Assembly: GCA_963804955.1 (NCBI GenBank)
Contig: CAWDSQ010000020.1
Span: forward strand, 192,001-256,000
Source: an uncultured delta proteobacterium
GTDB lineage: Bacteria; Desulfobacterota; WTBG01; CAIYCZ01; CAIRTM01
Length of the DNA stretch: 64,000 bases
Direction of reading: 5' to 3'
The notes under the pieces were generated by a model. The model saw only the letters and a list, made by a program, of their open reading frames with translations. It searched no databases and was not told the origin of the DNA. Below, one piece after another: positions 1-10,823 of this stretch; positions within the stretch are counted from its first letter, which is position 1; every line of letters begins with the position of its first letter. A program made the translations under genes and the position numbers.

Positions 1-1516
1 TTTGCGGTAGATGGGTAATGCACAGCACCTGATGGGATGCCGATATTTCCTTGAGCTTTATGCCGACCGATTCAGCAACTGCACCGCCAATGCCTGCATC
101 GACCTCATCGAAAAGCAGTGTCGGGACTTTATAGTTGGCGGCTATTATTTTCTTTAAAGCAAGCACAATACGGGATATTTCACCTCCTGAAGCAATGCGC
201 GACAGCGGTTTTGGATCTTCGCCCTGATTGGGTGAGATAAAAAATTCAACCGTATCCATGCCCAGGGGCATGAGTCCGGCACAGGCATTGTCTGGATGAT
301 CAGCCTTCGGACGCACAGCATTTTTAATTTGGACAGTAAAAGAAACTTTTTTCATGCCGATTGAAGCCAGCTCGGCCTCAACCTTTTTTCTGAGAGTCTG
401 TGATGCCTTAGCGCGCGCAGCTGAAAGCTCTGCGGCAAGAATCCATAGTTGATCGGAATGACGGAGCAGTTCGCGGCTCAGTTCATCCATGCGATTGCTG
501 CTTTCGTCAATGCTCTCAAGTTCTATGCGGATTTCATCAAGATAGAGAATAATTTCCGGAATTGTTTTGGCGTATTTCTTTTTCAGCCGATACAGCTCAT
601 CAAGCCTTGTTTCAATTTGATCGAGCCGGGCCGGGTCCATGGTGATTTTATCGGCATAGCCGCGAAGCGACAATGCCGTGTCTTCGATGCCCAGAAGATT
701 TGATTCAAGCGCATCGTAGGTAGCTGTCAGAGAAGGATCGATTGCAGCTGCTTCCCGAAGTTCATGGGAAAGTCTCTTGAGCATGCCAAGGCAGGATTGC
801 TGATCTTCGTAAAGCGCAGTATAGACGCCGTAGGTCTTCTCATACAGCATTTGCGCACTTGCAACGATTGTGCGCTCCTGCACAAGTGATTCTTCCTCAG
901 CAGACGACAGCTGCGCACGGCTGATTTCATCATGCTGAAATGCCATAAGCTCCCTGCGCCGTTCAGCTGTCTGGCGATGCATGGTGAGCGAATGCAGCTC
1001 AGCAGCAAGAGTCTGATACCGCATATACTCCTGCTGGTATCGAGCTCTCAGGGGCAACAGACCACCATAGGCGTCAAGCAGATCAATATGCTTTTCTGCC
1101 TGCAGAAGAAGCTGCTGGGAATATTGTCCGGAAATATCAACGAGCATTCCCGAAAGCTGGGTGAGCATCTGTATCGTCGCGAGGCGTTCGCCTATCATGA
1201 TGCGGTTTTTGCCGGTCCGGGTGATGATGCGGCGGATCAGCAGCTGATCTCCGGCCGGATCGAGTTCATATGAGGCGAGCATGTCCCGCAGTTCCGGACT
1301 ATACGTAATGTCGAACATTGCCTCCACGACAGCTTCATCGCTGCCTGATCGAATCATATCTGCAGACGCTCTGCCGCCCATGAGCAGGGACAGCGCACCG
1401 ACCAGTATTGATTTGCCAGCACCTGTCTCGCCGGTAATCATGGTGAGTCCAGCGGCAAATGAAACGTGGAGTGATTCAATTATGGCAAAATCTTTTATAA
1501 AAAGATCCAGAAGCAT
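1..1516 (-). CDS. recN: DNA repair protein RecN (3' end runs off the window)
   Basis: Manual translation from ATG at 1516: MLLDLFIKDFAIIESL...ITGETGAGKS (Walker A); near the window edge ...FDEVDAGIGG...QVLCITHLPQ; lies directly downstream of nadK. Confidence 0.95.
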   Translation of the reverse strand, partial: MLLDLFIKDFAIIESLHVSFAAGLTMITGETGAGKSILVGALSLLMGGRASADMIRSGSDEAVVEAMFDITYSPELRDMLASYELDPAGDQLLIRRIITRTGKNRIMIGERLATIQMLTQLSGMLVDISGQYSQQLLLQAEKHIDLLDAYGGLLPLRARYQQEYMRYQTLAAELHSLTMHRQTAERRRELMAFQHDEISRAQLSSAEEESLVQERTIVASAQMLYEKTYGVYTALYEDQQSCLGMLKRLSHELREAAAIDPSLTATYDALESNLLGIEDTALSLRGYADKITMDPARLDQIETRLDELYRLKKKYAKTIPEIILYLDEIRIELESIDESSNRMDELSRELLRHSDQLWILAAELSAARAKASQTLRKKVEAELASIGMKKVSFTVQIKNAVRPKADHPDNACAGLMPLGMDTVEFFISPNQGEDPKPLSRIASGGEISRIVLALKKIIAANYKVPTLLFDEVDAGIGGAVAESVGIKLKEISASHQVLCITHLPQ

Positions 1517-1526
1517 ACTAGTCCCG

Positions 1527-2381
1527 CTAACGTTCTCCCCATTTAAGTTTCTTTTTAAGTATTTCAAAATAACTGCGAAAAGGAGTTTTTACAAGAGAAA
1601 GCGTTTTTTCCGATTTGCGTACGATGACCCGGTCATGCCTCTCGATGCGTACTCCTACCTGACCGTCAACAGTGAGGAAAACATCTTCGCTTTCAGACAT
1701 AAGCTCAATCCTGATAATGCTCTCATCCGAAATAATCAACGGTCTATTTGTCAACGTATGCGGGCAAATAGGCGTAATGCTGAACAGATTAAGAGATGGA
1801 TAGACTATTGGTCCGCCGGCAGACAGCGAGTATCCTGTAGACCCCGTTGGCGTACAGATAATAAGGCCGTCTGCTTTGAAGCGGTTAAGATAGAGATCAT
1901 TTACATAGGTATCAAGATCCATCATGCGCGCGAGTGCGCCCTTATTCACTACGACGTCATTGAGGGCCTGAAAAGTCGGGCCCCGCTCATCGCCATTTTT
2001 AATGAGCGTGGCTTCAAGCATCATGCGTTTATCTAAAGAATAGTCACTCGCCAGGACTTTATCAAGGACTGCGGGTATCTCATCAGCGCCGATTTCAGTC
2101 AGAAACCCCAGGCTGCCAAGATTGACAGCAAGCACAGGAACCATTTCTATTTGATCGAATCGAGCGACACTCAGAAGCGTTCCATCGCCACCAAATACTA
2201 TGATTAAATCAACCTGTTGCGGCATCAATTCCGGCGGAACAAGCTGGCACCTCTGATCAATATGCGGGAGGTTTTGGTCAATGAGTACGTCATATCCCTG
2301 CCCGGCCAAATGATCAACTACTTGTCGAATGAGATCAAGCGCCTCAATGCGTTTTTTTGCTATGATCCCTATATGTTTCAT
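1527..2381 (-). CDS. nadK: NAD(+) kinase
   Basis: GGDGT, NLGSLGFL, LNDVV and TPTGSTGYSLSAGGP motifs. Confidence 0.96.
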   Translation of the reverse strand: MKHIGIIAKKRIEALDLIRQVVDHLAGQGYDVLIDQNLPHIDQRCQLVPPELMPQQVDLIIVFGGDGTLLSVARFDQIEMVPVLAVNLGSLGFLTEIGADEIPAVLDKVLASDYSLDKRMMLEATLIKNGDERGPTFQALNDVVVNKGALARMMDLDTYVNDLYLNRFKADGLIICTPTGSTGYSLSAGGPIVYPSLNLFSITPICPHTLTNRPLIISDESIIRIELMSESEDVFLTVDGQVGVRIERHDRVIVRKSEKTLSLVKTPFRSYFEILKKKLKWGER

Positions 2382-2589
2382 GGGCCCGCTGAAGTGCTAT
2401 TTACTATGTCTGGTAAGATTTTTTAACATGATTGACATACACTGTCTATTTAATAATAACTTTGCGCCCGTCCTGAGTCTTTACTGCATCGAGTGAAATT
2501 CATAAGGTTTTTAAAATAATTACTTGACTGGGCACGCATTTTTTATGTAGATTGATTTGTTCAAATTTACAATTTACAAGGAGGATTAC

Positions 2590-3609
2590 ATGAAGCTGCT
2601 TGTCACCGGCGGGGCTGGTTTTATCGGTTCGAATTTTATACGGTATATGCTCGAAAAATATGCTGATTATGAAATTGTCAATCTTGACATTCTTACCTAT
2701 GCGGGCAATCTTGAAAACCTGAGCGACGTTGAGACCGGAATCGGCAAAGGCCGTTACCGTTTTATCAGGGGGAATATTGCTGACGTTCAGTGTATCGACG
2801 GCATATTGCGCCAGGGGATTGACGCAATAATTAATTTTGCAGCTGAATCCCATGTGGACAGAAGTATCGATAATGCCCGCATCTTTCTGGAGACCAATGT
2901 TCTGGGCACTCAAGCGCTTCTGGACGCTGCACTGCGGCATAAGGTCAAGCGATACATGCAGATATCAACAGATGAAGTATACGGCTCTCTCGGACCCACA
3001 GGATTTTTTTCCGAATCCACACCTATTTCTCCCAACAGCCCGTATTCAGCAAGCAAGGCAGGAGCCGATCTGCTGGTGCGTGCATATTTTGAAACATTCG
3101 GTCTTCCGGTGCTCACAACGCGATGTTCCAATAACTACGGACCCTATCAGTTTCCTGAAAAACTGATTCCTTTGTTTATTACCAACGCCCTGGCCGATAA
3201 ACCGCTGCCCCTCTACGGCGACGGACTCAATGTTCGGGACTGGATTTATGTTGAAGACCACTGCTCGGGAATCGATTCTGTGCTGCACAGAGGCCGCTTT
3301 GGTGAAGTCTATAATATCGGGGGTAATTGCGAAAAAACGAATACGGAAATCACCGGTACAATTCTTAAGGCCCTTTCAAAGCCTGCCACCCTGATTCAGC
3401 ATGTGAAGGACCGTCCGGGCCACGATCGCCGGTATGCCATAGACTGCTCGAAAATCAACTCCGAGCTGGGCTGGTCACAGCGCTATGATTTTGCTGCCGG
3501 CATGCAAAAAACCATTGAGTGGTATCTTGCCAATAAGCCCTGGTGGCAGCGCATAAAAACCGGAGAATACCTTGATTTTTACAAACGCTGGTATGTTGAT
3601 CGTCAGTAA
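2590..3609 (+). CDS. rfbB: dTDP-glucose 4,6-dehydratase
   Basis: GGAGFIGSNF, AAESHVDRSI, STDEVYG, YSASK and RPGHDRRYA motifs; GAGGA SD before ATG at 2590. Confidence 0.95.
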   Translation: MKLLVTGGAGFIGSNFIRYMLEKYADYEIVNLDILTYAGNLENLSDVETGIGKGRYRFIRGNIADVQCIDGILRQGIDAIINFAAESHVDRSIDNARIFLETNVLGTQALLDAALRHKVKRYMQISTDEVYGSLGPTGFFSESTPISPNSPYSASKAGADLLVRAYFETFGLPVLTTRCSNNYGPYQFPEKLIPLFITNALADKPLPLYGDGLNVRDWIYVEDHCSGIDSVLHRGRFGEVYNIGGNCEKTNTEITGTILKALSKPATLIQHVKDRPGHDRRYAIDCSKINSELGWSQRYDFAAGMQKTIEWYLANKPWWQRIKTGEYLDFYKRWYVDRQ

Positions 3610-3675
3610 ATTTCCAGTAATAAAATCACCAATCATGCATCTAAACCCTTCTCAATTTCTAGAAAGACCTTAGCC

Positions 3676-4617
3676 ATGATTCACACACTTGTTACCGGAG
3701 GCGCCGGTTTTCTTGGCAGCCACCTGTCAGACCGTTTGCTCAAGGAAGGGCATTTTGTTATCTGCATGGATAACCTCATTACCGGGAATATGGACAATAT
3801 TGCCCATCTTATTGGCCACGAGCGATTCAAATTTATAAAGCATGATGTGACTGAGTATATGTATGTTGAAGGCCGTGTTGACAATATACTTCATTTTGCC
3901 TCACCAGCAAGTCCCATAGACTATCTACAACTACCGATACAGACCCTGAAGGTCGGCTCTCTGGGAACGCATAAAGCACTGGGCCTGGCAAAAGCAAAAA
4001 AATCCCGCTTTCTGCTGGCATCAACTTCGGAGTGCTATGGAGATCCTCTTATTCACCCGCAGCCTGAGACCTACTTCGGCAATGTCAATCCCATTGGCCC
4101 TCGTGGCGTTTATGATGAGGCTAAACGTTTTGCAGAGGCTATGACAATGGCCTATCACCGCTATCACGGCGTAGATACAAAAATTGTCCGCATTTTTAAT
4201 ACCTATGGACCGCGCATGCGTTTAAATGACGGCCGTGTTGTTCCCGCCTTCATGTCACAGGCATTGAAAAATGAGGATTTAACCATTTTCGGCGATGGTC
4301 AGCAGACACGCAGCTTCTGTTTTGTCTCCGATCTTGTTGATGGCATTTACCGGCTTCTTATATCTGACAATGAGCATGAGCCGGTCAATATCGGTAATCC
4401 CCATGAAATGACTATTCTGGAGTTTGCGCAGGAAGTGCAAAAAATTGCCGGCATTAATCTCAGTATACGCCATTTGCCCCTGCCCCAGGATGATCCGAAA
4501 GTACGCCAGCCTGACATAACCAAAGCGCAAAAATTTCTGGGATGGGAGCCGAAAGTCGGGTTTGAAGAAGGATTTAAGGCGACCTATGCATACTTCAAAA
4601 ATAAACTCGGGCTCTAA
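3676..4617 (+). CDS. UDP-glucuronate decarboxylase (UXS)-like NAD-dependent epimerase/dehydratase
   Basis: [32 protein letters not shown] and [10 protein letters not shown] motifs. Confidence 0.88.
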   Translation: MIHTLVTGGAGFLGSHLSDRLLKEGHFVICMDNLITGNMDNIAHLIGHERFKFIKHDVTEYMYVEGRVDNILHFASPASPIDYLQLPIQTLKVGSLGTHKALGLAKAKKSRFLLASTSECYGDPLIHPQPETYFGNVNPIGPRGVYDEAKRFAEAMTMAYHRYHGVDTKIVRIFNTYGPRMRLNDGRVVPAFMSQALKNEDLTIFGDGQQTRSFCFVSDLVDGIYRLLISDNEHEPVNIGNPHEMTILEFAQEVQKIAGINLSIRHLPLPQDDPKVRQPDITKAQKFLGWEPKVGFEEGFKATYAYFKNKLGL

Positions 4618-4832
4618 GCTGCATACATTTTGTCAATAAGCATGAAATTCTGTTCGAGGCCCAGACGCCTTCAGCCGATTTAAAAACACTGATTCTAAAA
4701 AATAGAGACCAAACAAAAAAATGCAGCTGAGATGCCTCCATATATGGAGCCTCATCAGCAATAATTTCAAAACAGCCTGTTTTTACTGGACAAAAACAGA
4801 ACAATAGTGTAACAAATACACAACAGTGCATT

Positions 4833-4910
4833 CGGGGAGTAGCGCAGCCTGGTTAGCGCGCATGCTTCGGGAGCATGAGGCCGCGGGTTCGAATCCCGCC
4901 TTCCCGACCA
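4833..4910 (+). tRNA. tRNA-Pro (anticodon CGG) with encoded CCA
   Basis: CGGGGAG acceptor stem pairs with TTCCCG; D-arm AGCGCAGCCTGGTTAGCGC; anticodon arm CATGC-TTCGGGA-GCATG; GGTTCGAATCC T-loop; ends ACCA. Confidence 0.97.
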
Positions 4911-4923
4911 CTATGATATCAGG

Positions 4924-4953
4924 AGAGCCGGTTCGGTTTGGACCGGCTCTTTT
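4924..4953 (+). terminator. Intrinsic terminator after the tRNA
   Basis: 11-bp stem AGAGCCGGTTC/GGACCGGCTCT followed by a short T run. Confidence 0.65.
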
Positions 4954-5027
4954 ACGTTTCATCTTGTCATTTGAAAAGCGAAATAGTATATCCCGGCACA
5001 GAGGAGTTTTAACAAGGAGAATTGTCC

Positions 5028-7361
5028 ATGACAAAAATTTTTTTTAAATTAACAGCAGTCATTTTTGCTTGCATGTTCTTTGCGCCATCCCCGGGCTTTC
5101 AGGCTGAAGCATCTTCATCGGTAGCAGCCTGTATGGAATGCCATCCGACGTACTGCCAGGCCTGGCAATCGAATCGTCACGGGCAATCGCTTCTGGAATA
5201 TACCCCGGTACTTTCAGCAGGCCTGCTGACACCGCAGGCTGATGAAATCGCCATAGGTTCATTTCGCTACAGGTTTCTCTCAAATGAACAGGACGCATGG
5301 ATTGAGGAACGAAGCGACAGCAGTCAGTCGCATTACAGAATAGCATTCATGCTGGGCGGCAAAAACATGCTTATTTTTTTGACCCCCTTTGAAAAAGGCA
5401 GGATGCAGATTCTGCCGATTGCGTATAATATTAATGAAAAAAAATGGTTTGACAATTCAGCGGCATCGCTTCCTCATGGCATGCCTCAGGCATCCGGCCA
5501 GGCTGATTGGAAAAGCCGCGCATACATTTTCAATACAACCTGCTTCTCATGCCATATCGGCAGCCAGACTTCATATTATAATAATAAGACCGATACCTAC
5601 CAGCCCCTTGGCGACGAGCGCGGCATTACCTGTCGCTCCTGCCACGGTCCGGTCGATGACCATGTCCGGGTGTGCCGAGCAGCACCAACCGGGCAGGCGC
5701 CTGATGATCTAAAAATTATATCCTTCAAAAATGCATCAGCCGATCAAATCAATTCAATCTGCGCATCATGCCATGCTTCATCAATTCCACTTACGGCATC
5801 ATACGAGACAGGCAGGCCTTTTTATGATTTTTTTGATCTGAAAGGGCTTGAAAACCCGGCTTTTTTTCCCGACGGCAGGAGTTTCGGCAGCAATCATGTT
5901 TATTCGCAGTGGAGAATGAGCCCATGCGTTCAGTCAGGGCAACTGCAGTGCCTGCACTGCCATAGCGGCAGCGGATCGTATCGTTTCACAGAGCCTGTTG
6001 CGGCAAATAATGCCTGCCTGCCCTGTCACAAGGAACGTGTAGAGCATGCTGCCGAACACACGCATCACAAGGCAAAAAGCCCCGGCAGCGTGTGCACGTC
6101 ATGTCACATGCCCATGATTCAACTGCGAGGCATTGAGCAGACCGATCATTCAATGCGGCCCCCTATGCCTGCTGTAGCGCAGACATACAAATCTGCTAAT
6201 GCATGCACGCTCTGCCACGATAAAAAAGACATGGCCTGGGCCGACGTGCATGTTCGAAAGTGGTTCAAGAATGACTATCAGGAGCCGTATCTTAAATCCG
6301 CAATGCTCATACGCGCTGCACGCAGCAGCGACTGGTCCCGGCTTCCGGAGATGCTTTCGTTTATTGAAAATCCGAAAAGGGAGGAAATTGCCGCAGCATC
6401 TCTCATCCGTCTGCTTCGCGACTGTAAAGACACACGAAAATGGCCGGTATTCATTAACAGCCTCAAAAACGATCCGTCGCCACTGGTTCGCTCCGCCGCA
6501 GCCGGTTCACTCATTGGTTCACCTATGGGCGAGACAGCCTCAGTCCTGTTCAATGCAATGAATGACAAGTATGCACTTGTGCGCATCCGCGCAGTGAGTA
6601 TTCTTGCGGTGCTCTCTTCACAAAGCCTTTTGCCCGAATACAGGCCCAGGTTTGAAAAAGCGTTTTTAGAATTTATCGGCATGCTCTCGGCCCGGCCCGA
6701 TGATGCACAGTCGTATTATAACCTTGGCAATCTTTATCTCGAACGCCGCGACATCAAACGTGCTCTTTCAATGTATGAGTATTCCCTCAGGCTCCAGCCG
6801 GAGAGCACTCAGGCTTTGATAAACAGCGCCATGGCGTATTATTATCTCGGACAGCAGCAAGAGGCTGAACAAACCCTCCGTAAAGCGCTTAAAACCTCAC
6901 CTGACAATGCGCAGGCACATGTCACGCTGGGTATGCTGCTTGTCGAACAAAAGCGTACTGTTGAAGCAGAGACTGCATTTCGTAAGGCCCTCAAGAATGA
7001 CCCGTCCAATGCAGCTGCTTATTACAATCTTGCAGTCATGTTCGCCGATGAAAAACCGAAAAACTCACTTGAGTGGTGCCGCAGGGCACATGGGTTCGAG
7101 CCCGATGATCCGAAATATGCCTATACCTATGCTTATTATCTGAACCGGCAGGGCAAACCTGAACTTGCTGTTGCCGTATTAAAAAAAATGGTTGATAAAA
7201 AAGTTTCTCATCCCGAAACATATGCGCTGCTTGCTGAAATTTTTATAAAGCAAAAAAAAATTAAAGAAGCTCGTGGCGTGTACCGGATGGCTTTAGAAAA
7301 TAAAAATCTGCCTGAACAGACGCGATTGGGCTTCATGGATACTCTGCAGAAACTTGATTAG
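5028..7361 (+). CDS. Periplasmic multiheme c-type cytochrome with HEAT and TPR repeats
   Basis: Signal peptide; eight CxxCH motifs (CMECH, CFSCH, CRSCH, CASCH, CLHCH, CLPCH, CTSCH, CTLCH); HEAT-like DPSPLVRSAAA; several C-terminal TPRs. Confidence 0.9.
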   Translation: MTKIFFKLTAVIFACMFFAPSPGFQAEASSSVAACMECHPTYCQAWQSNRHGQSLLEYTPVLSAGLLTPQADEIAIGSFRYRFLSNEQDAWIEERSDSSQSHYRIAFMLGGKNMLIFLTPFEKGRMQILPIAYNINEKKWFDNSAASLPHGMPQASGQADWKSRAYIFNTTCFSCHIGSQTSYYNNKTDTYQPLGDERGITCRSCHGPVDDHVRVCRAAPTGQAPDDLKIISFKNASADQINSICASCHASSIPLTASYETGRPFYDFFDLKGLENPAFFPDGRSFGSNHVYSQWRMSPCVQSGQLQCLHCHSGSGSYRFTEPVAANNACLPCHKERVEHAAEHTHHKAKSPGSVCTSCHMPMIQLRGIEQTDHSMRPPMPAVAQTYKSANACTLCHDKKDMAWADVHVRKWFKNDYQEPYLKSAMLIRAARSSDWSRLPEMLSFIENPKREEIAAASLIRLLRDCKDTRKWPVFINSLKNDPSPLVRSAAAGSLIGSPMGETASVLFNAMNDKYALVRIRAVSILAVLSSQSLLPEYRPRFEKAFLEFIGMLSARPDDAQSYYNLGNLYLERRDIKRALSMYEYSLRLQPESTQALINSAMAYYYLGQQQEAEQTLRKALKTSPDNAQAHVTLGMLLVEQKRTVEAETAFRKALKNDPSNAAAYYNLAVMFADEKPKNSLEWCRRAHGFEPDDPKYAYTYAYYLNRQGKPELAVAVLKKMVDKKVSHPETYALLAEIFIKQKKIKEARGVYRMALENKNLPEQTRLGFMDTLQKLD

Positions 7362-7620
7362 CCTACTGGCTGATTGTGTATATGCCGGCGGCAACTATCG
7401 GCAGTCTCAGGGGAACTGGTACAGAATGAGAAAAAAGTTAAGGTTTTATTTGTAATATTCTATTTTTACTTGCTTAATCGTCTCAGACTTAATTATTAAA
7501 TATGAGCGATACGGCAAAATCGCGGGAAAATTTAAAGCTGGTCAAGATTTTTATTTAATGGGCGGCGCCGAATTTTACCATGCAACAAAAATCTGCATGC
7601 GTGCAAAAGCCTCTGAGCAA

Positions 7621-8073
7621 TCAGGGGTTTTTTTTATTGTTTAATGTGTTTGACTGAGGGCGAAAACACCGAGGATAGGAAAGACGGCAAAATATTCGAA
7701 AGGTTAGAAAATACCCCATTGGATAGGGATGATTAAAAATCTGGTCAAGCAGTAAATGGTGTCCCATGCCGATAAGCAGCCCGGTTGTAACCGGCTCCCA
7801 GTTTGATGCCACCGCAATAAGGGCTATGATCAATATTAAATCCCACGAGTGCAACACAAGAAAAACATGGGTCAGTTTGCTGTTGTAATACGTATCGAAA
7901 AACCGCTGCATGTTGTAGGGTGGCCGATGCATGATGACATAGTCGATAAGGTGGTCGGCATCGATGAATATGCCCGAAAAAAGTGTAACTGCTGCCATGA
8001 TTGCCGAATCTGATAAGGCATACGTGGCAGCAGACGCTATGATGGATGCGGCAACGTGATAACGTACCTGCAT
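7621..8073 (-). CDS. Membrane protein, putative metal-dependent hydrolase (YdjM-like)
   Basis: Hydrophobic helices with H, DxDH, HS and HxxxD motif pattern. Confidence 0.6.
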   Translation of the reverse strand: MQVRYHVAASIIASAATYALSDSAIMAAVTLFSGIFIDADHLIDYVIMHRPPYNMQRFFDTYYNSKLTHVFLVLHSWDLILIIALIAVASNWEPVTTGLLIGMGHHLLLDQIFNHPYPMGYFLTFRIFCRLSYPRCFRPQSNTLNNKKNP

Positions 8074-8253
8074 ACTGTTTTACCTGAACGTGATTGCTTA
8101 TACAGTTAGATTGTAAGGATTGTAGCACAGCTGCTCGTCTTTCCTGAATAAAATTATACAGACGGCAGTGCGTGCCGGGCAGGCATACACTCTGAAAGTG
8201 ATAATATCAACTCGAGGATAATCGGGATGTAGTTTATCAAAATAAGGTATTAC

Positions 8254-8674
8254 TCAAACCGGTGCACAATAACCAGGGAGCCAGGGGAACGGACAGGTAG
8301 AAGATGACAAACCTGTGCAGCCGTAAAAAGCATGATGTCCAATATTTCTAACGCTGTCTGGAATGACAACACTGGTTAATCCGACGCAGCCATAAAAGGA
8401 CCTTTGATCAATGGCAGTAACGCTGCCTGGAATGGTAACGCTGGTCAAGCCGGCGCAGTTAAAAAATGCCTGGTAGCCAATGCGTACAACCGGCTTGTCA
8501 TCAATCAAATCTGGAATGACTGCAGCACCGTCAGGACAGCTGTAGCCGGTTATTGTTATAGCCCCATCGGATTCCGTATAGGTAAAATCCCCCCAATGCC
8601 CGGCAAAGGCTGATGAGAATAGAAATACATAAAATCACTAATGAGAAACAGACTATCGATCTTCTGTAGTGCAT
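8254..8674 (-). CDS. Short secreted BspA-type leucine-rich-repeat (LRR_5) protein, frameshifted near the N-terminus
   Basis: AFxxCxxLTSVxIPxSVxxI repeats; DFTYTESDGAITITGY N-cap; signal peptide from ATG at 8674 is out of frame with the rest. Confidence 0.7.
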
Positions 8675-9318
8675 AATTCCTCTGTTAAATTCTATTACAG
8701 TTAATAGTTAGAGTTGTCCTTAAACACAGAAAAATACAGTTTAATGTCATCAGGAACCGACCTATGGCGATAGTTCTTAAAGAAAGCAACTCAAACACTG
8801 TGTTTTTTTGCTTGCGACCTTTCAAAGCGAAATCAAGCCACTTGTTATGCAGAGGGTTATTGACTTTTCAAAACTATATCTGTCATTCATTGACCACATT
8901 TTTTTATGTGATGTTTTAGTTTGTTTACACATACTGTGCCAACAAAAACACCGTTCCATTTGCTTTACAAAAATGCTTAGAATATACATTAGAAGTTTGC
9001 TTCAATAATCTGAAAATTCTTGTTTTTTATTAGTATGATCTCTTGTAAGGCTCATTATATTTTGATAAATTATTTAAATTAAATGAATTATTTGTTCAGT
9101 ATAGGCTAGAAAATTAAAACTTATGGCATTCAAAATGAGTATTTTTTAACATGAAAAATTACTCACAATGAACACTGCCACTGATTATTATTCGTAAGCG
9201 ATTGCAGCTTGGTATCTGATGAGCAAAAGTGCATCTGCTAAATAAAACATTACGTGGTGCAGAACTGTTTCTTCTTAGGAAGGGGGCATATGGGGCATTG
9301 TGGGTTAATGTCGACTAC

Positions 9319-9356
9319 AAAAAAGGGCAGAACTGTGTACCGTGCCCTGCCCTTTT
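9319..9356 (-). terminator. Intrinsic terminator downstream of the matrixin gene
   Basis: AAAAAAGGGCAG...CTGCCCTTTT inverted repeat. Confidence 0.6.
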
Positions 9357-9379
9357 CTTCAAAATTAATTGCTGCAGGC

Positions 9380-10300
9380 TCATTCCATCTTTCTTGCAAG
9401 CCGGGCAATGATTTCTAAATATTTCCGTGCAATGGCCTGCATGGCAGGACTGCGGTCAAGTGCTGCATCGATACTTTCAGCATTATTGTAATAAATTTGT
9501 GTAAGTCGTCGCCCGACTGCAGCTGCGGGCAAGGTGACCATCGCGAAAGGTCCGCAGGCTTGCAAGATCAGGATTGTCCTGCCCAAGCACTGTTTCAGCA
9601 GGGCATACTATTGAAATGATTATCGTAGTTGTGGAAGAAGAAACAGTCGTTGTTGTCGATGTGCCAGAGCCTCCGCTGTAAAGATAGCTTATGCCGTTCT
9701 TGTCATCCAGAGTAAGCGAGCGTTTTATCTGTCCCGGGCTGAAGCGATAGTACATTGCCATGGATGTCTGGCTTGGGTCATAGAGGTCCTCCAATGAGAG
9801 TGCATGCCCCAGTTCATGAAGCCCGATGCTCTGAATGTCATAAGCCACTTGTCGACCCGTCCGATGCCCAGGTCAAAATTCTCATTAAACTTTATATCAC
9901 TGTCCAGCAACTGACCTGATGCGGTGTACCAGAACGTATTGACGGCCAGTGTGCTCTCATATCCTGCTCCAAAGGAGCCAAAGCATATCAGATTTATTCC
10001 GTCATTTTCCCCGTAGGCAGTGGCTGTGAGGCCACCCCGGTAGATAAAACTGAAATTGGAAGTCGAAACATCTGTCCATGTCTTTATAGCAGCCTGAATA
10101 GCCTGCAGGCTGCCGGAAGGAAAGCCGGACGTATTTATATAAAAGCCGGCGCTCGAGGTCGACCAGTAAATTTCCGCACCACCATTGGTTTTCGAGACGG
10201 CATACCCATATGCCTGCCTGCTCTGGAAGCACAGAATCAGCACCATCAACGCGCCCAGGACGGCGGCAGTCTGAAGAGGCCGTTTATTTTTCATCAACAT
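9380..10300 (-). CDS. Secreted matrixin-like (metzincin) metalloprotease with Thr/Ser linker and C-terminal helical domain; two frameshifts
   Basis: Joins ORFs 9725-10300, 9483-9848 and 9380-9586; DSDIKFN, YDIQSIGLHELGHALSLED, Met-turn MAMY, DDKNGISYLY; TTTT linker. Confidence 0.85.
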
Positions 10301-10823
10301 AGGTCCTTATTTTTTCAATCAATGTTTCTACTTGTATATTATTGTCCACGTGCTCATCACCGTCTGCAGCGCTAAAGCCCTGTTTTCGGGCAATCAGGTC
10401 GTCTCCGATTGTATATTTGCCCTGTGCCCTGCCTGAAATTCTATATGCAGACCCGCCGCTGAACTTGTTTTCCGTGGCAAGATACAGCAGTACCCGTTCA
10501 CCCTTGCGTAGAGGCGATTCGTCTGTAACCATCATGCCTATGTCGCCAACCTCTCCGCCCGGATACATAACCTGTATTTTTTTTTCAACGGTTTTGCCCT
10601 TGATGATTTCCTTAATGCTGATAACAGCTGTTGTCATTATGGATTTTTTATCAGGAGTCCATTGTGATGAGGTATCCTCAACATTGCCCGTAACAATCAG
10701 CTCTGCATCCTGAGTGAGCTTTTCTGTGCTCAGACCCAGCATAAGCGCATAGGCTGAAGACGATAAAAAGACAAAATAAATGAATGAAAGAATGAAAGGC
10801 GCTTTCTTGAACTGCATATACAA
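10284..10823 (-). CDS. Secreted hypothetical protein, partner of the matrixin gene
   Basis: Signal peptide; LTQDAELIVTGNV...IKG...PGGEVGD...GERVLLYL pattern; overlaps the protease start. Confidence 0.7.
   Translation of the reverse strand: MYMQFKKAPFILSFIYFVFLSSSAYALMLGLSTEKLTQDAELIVTGNVEDTSSQWTPDKKSIMTTAVISIKEIIKGKTVEKKIQVMYPGGEVGDIGMMVTDESPLRKGERVLLYLATENKFSGGSAYRISGRAQGKYTIGDDLIARKQGFSAADGDEHVDNNIQVETLIEKIRTYVDEK

Noticed and set aside
8742..8790. Fluoride-riboswitch-like words (TCGCCATA...CTGATGAC on the minus strand)
   Set aside because: The 5' GGCGATG strand needed for the fold is missing, and the downstream gene is unrelated to fluoride.
8680..9310. Short ORFs in AT-rich intergenic DNA (also 37450-37950 and 38986-39183)
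   Set aside because: Low-complexity AT-rich sequence without SD or protein motifs; more likely promoter regions.
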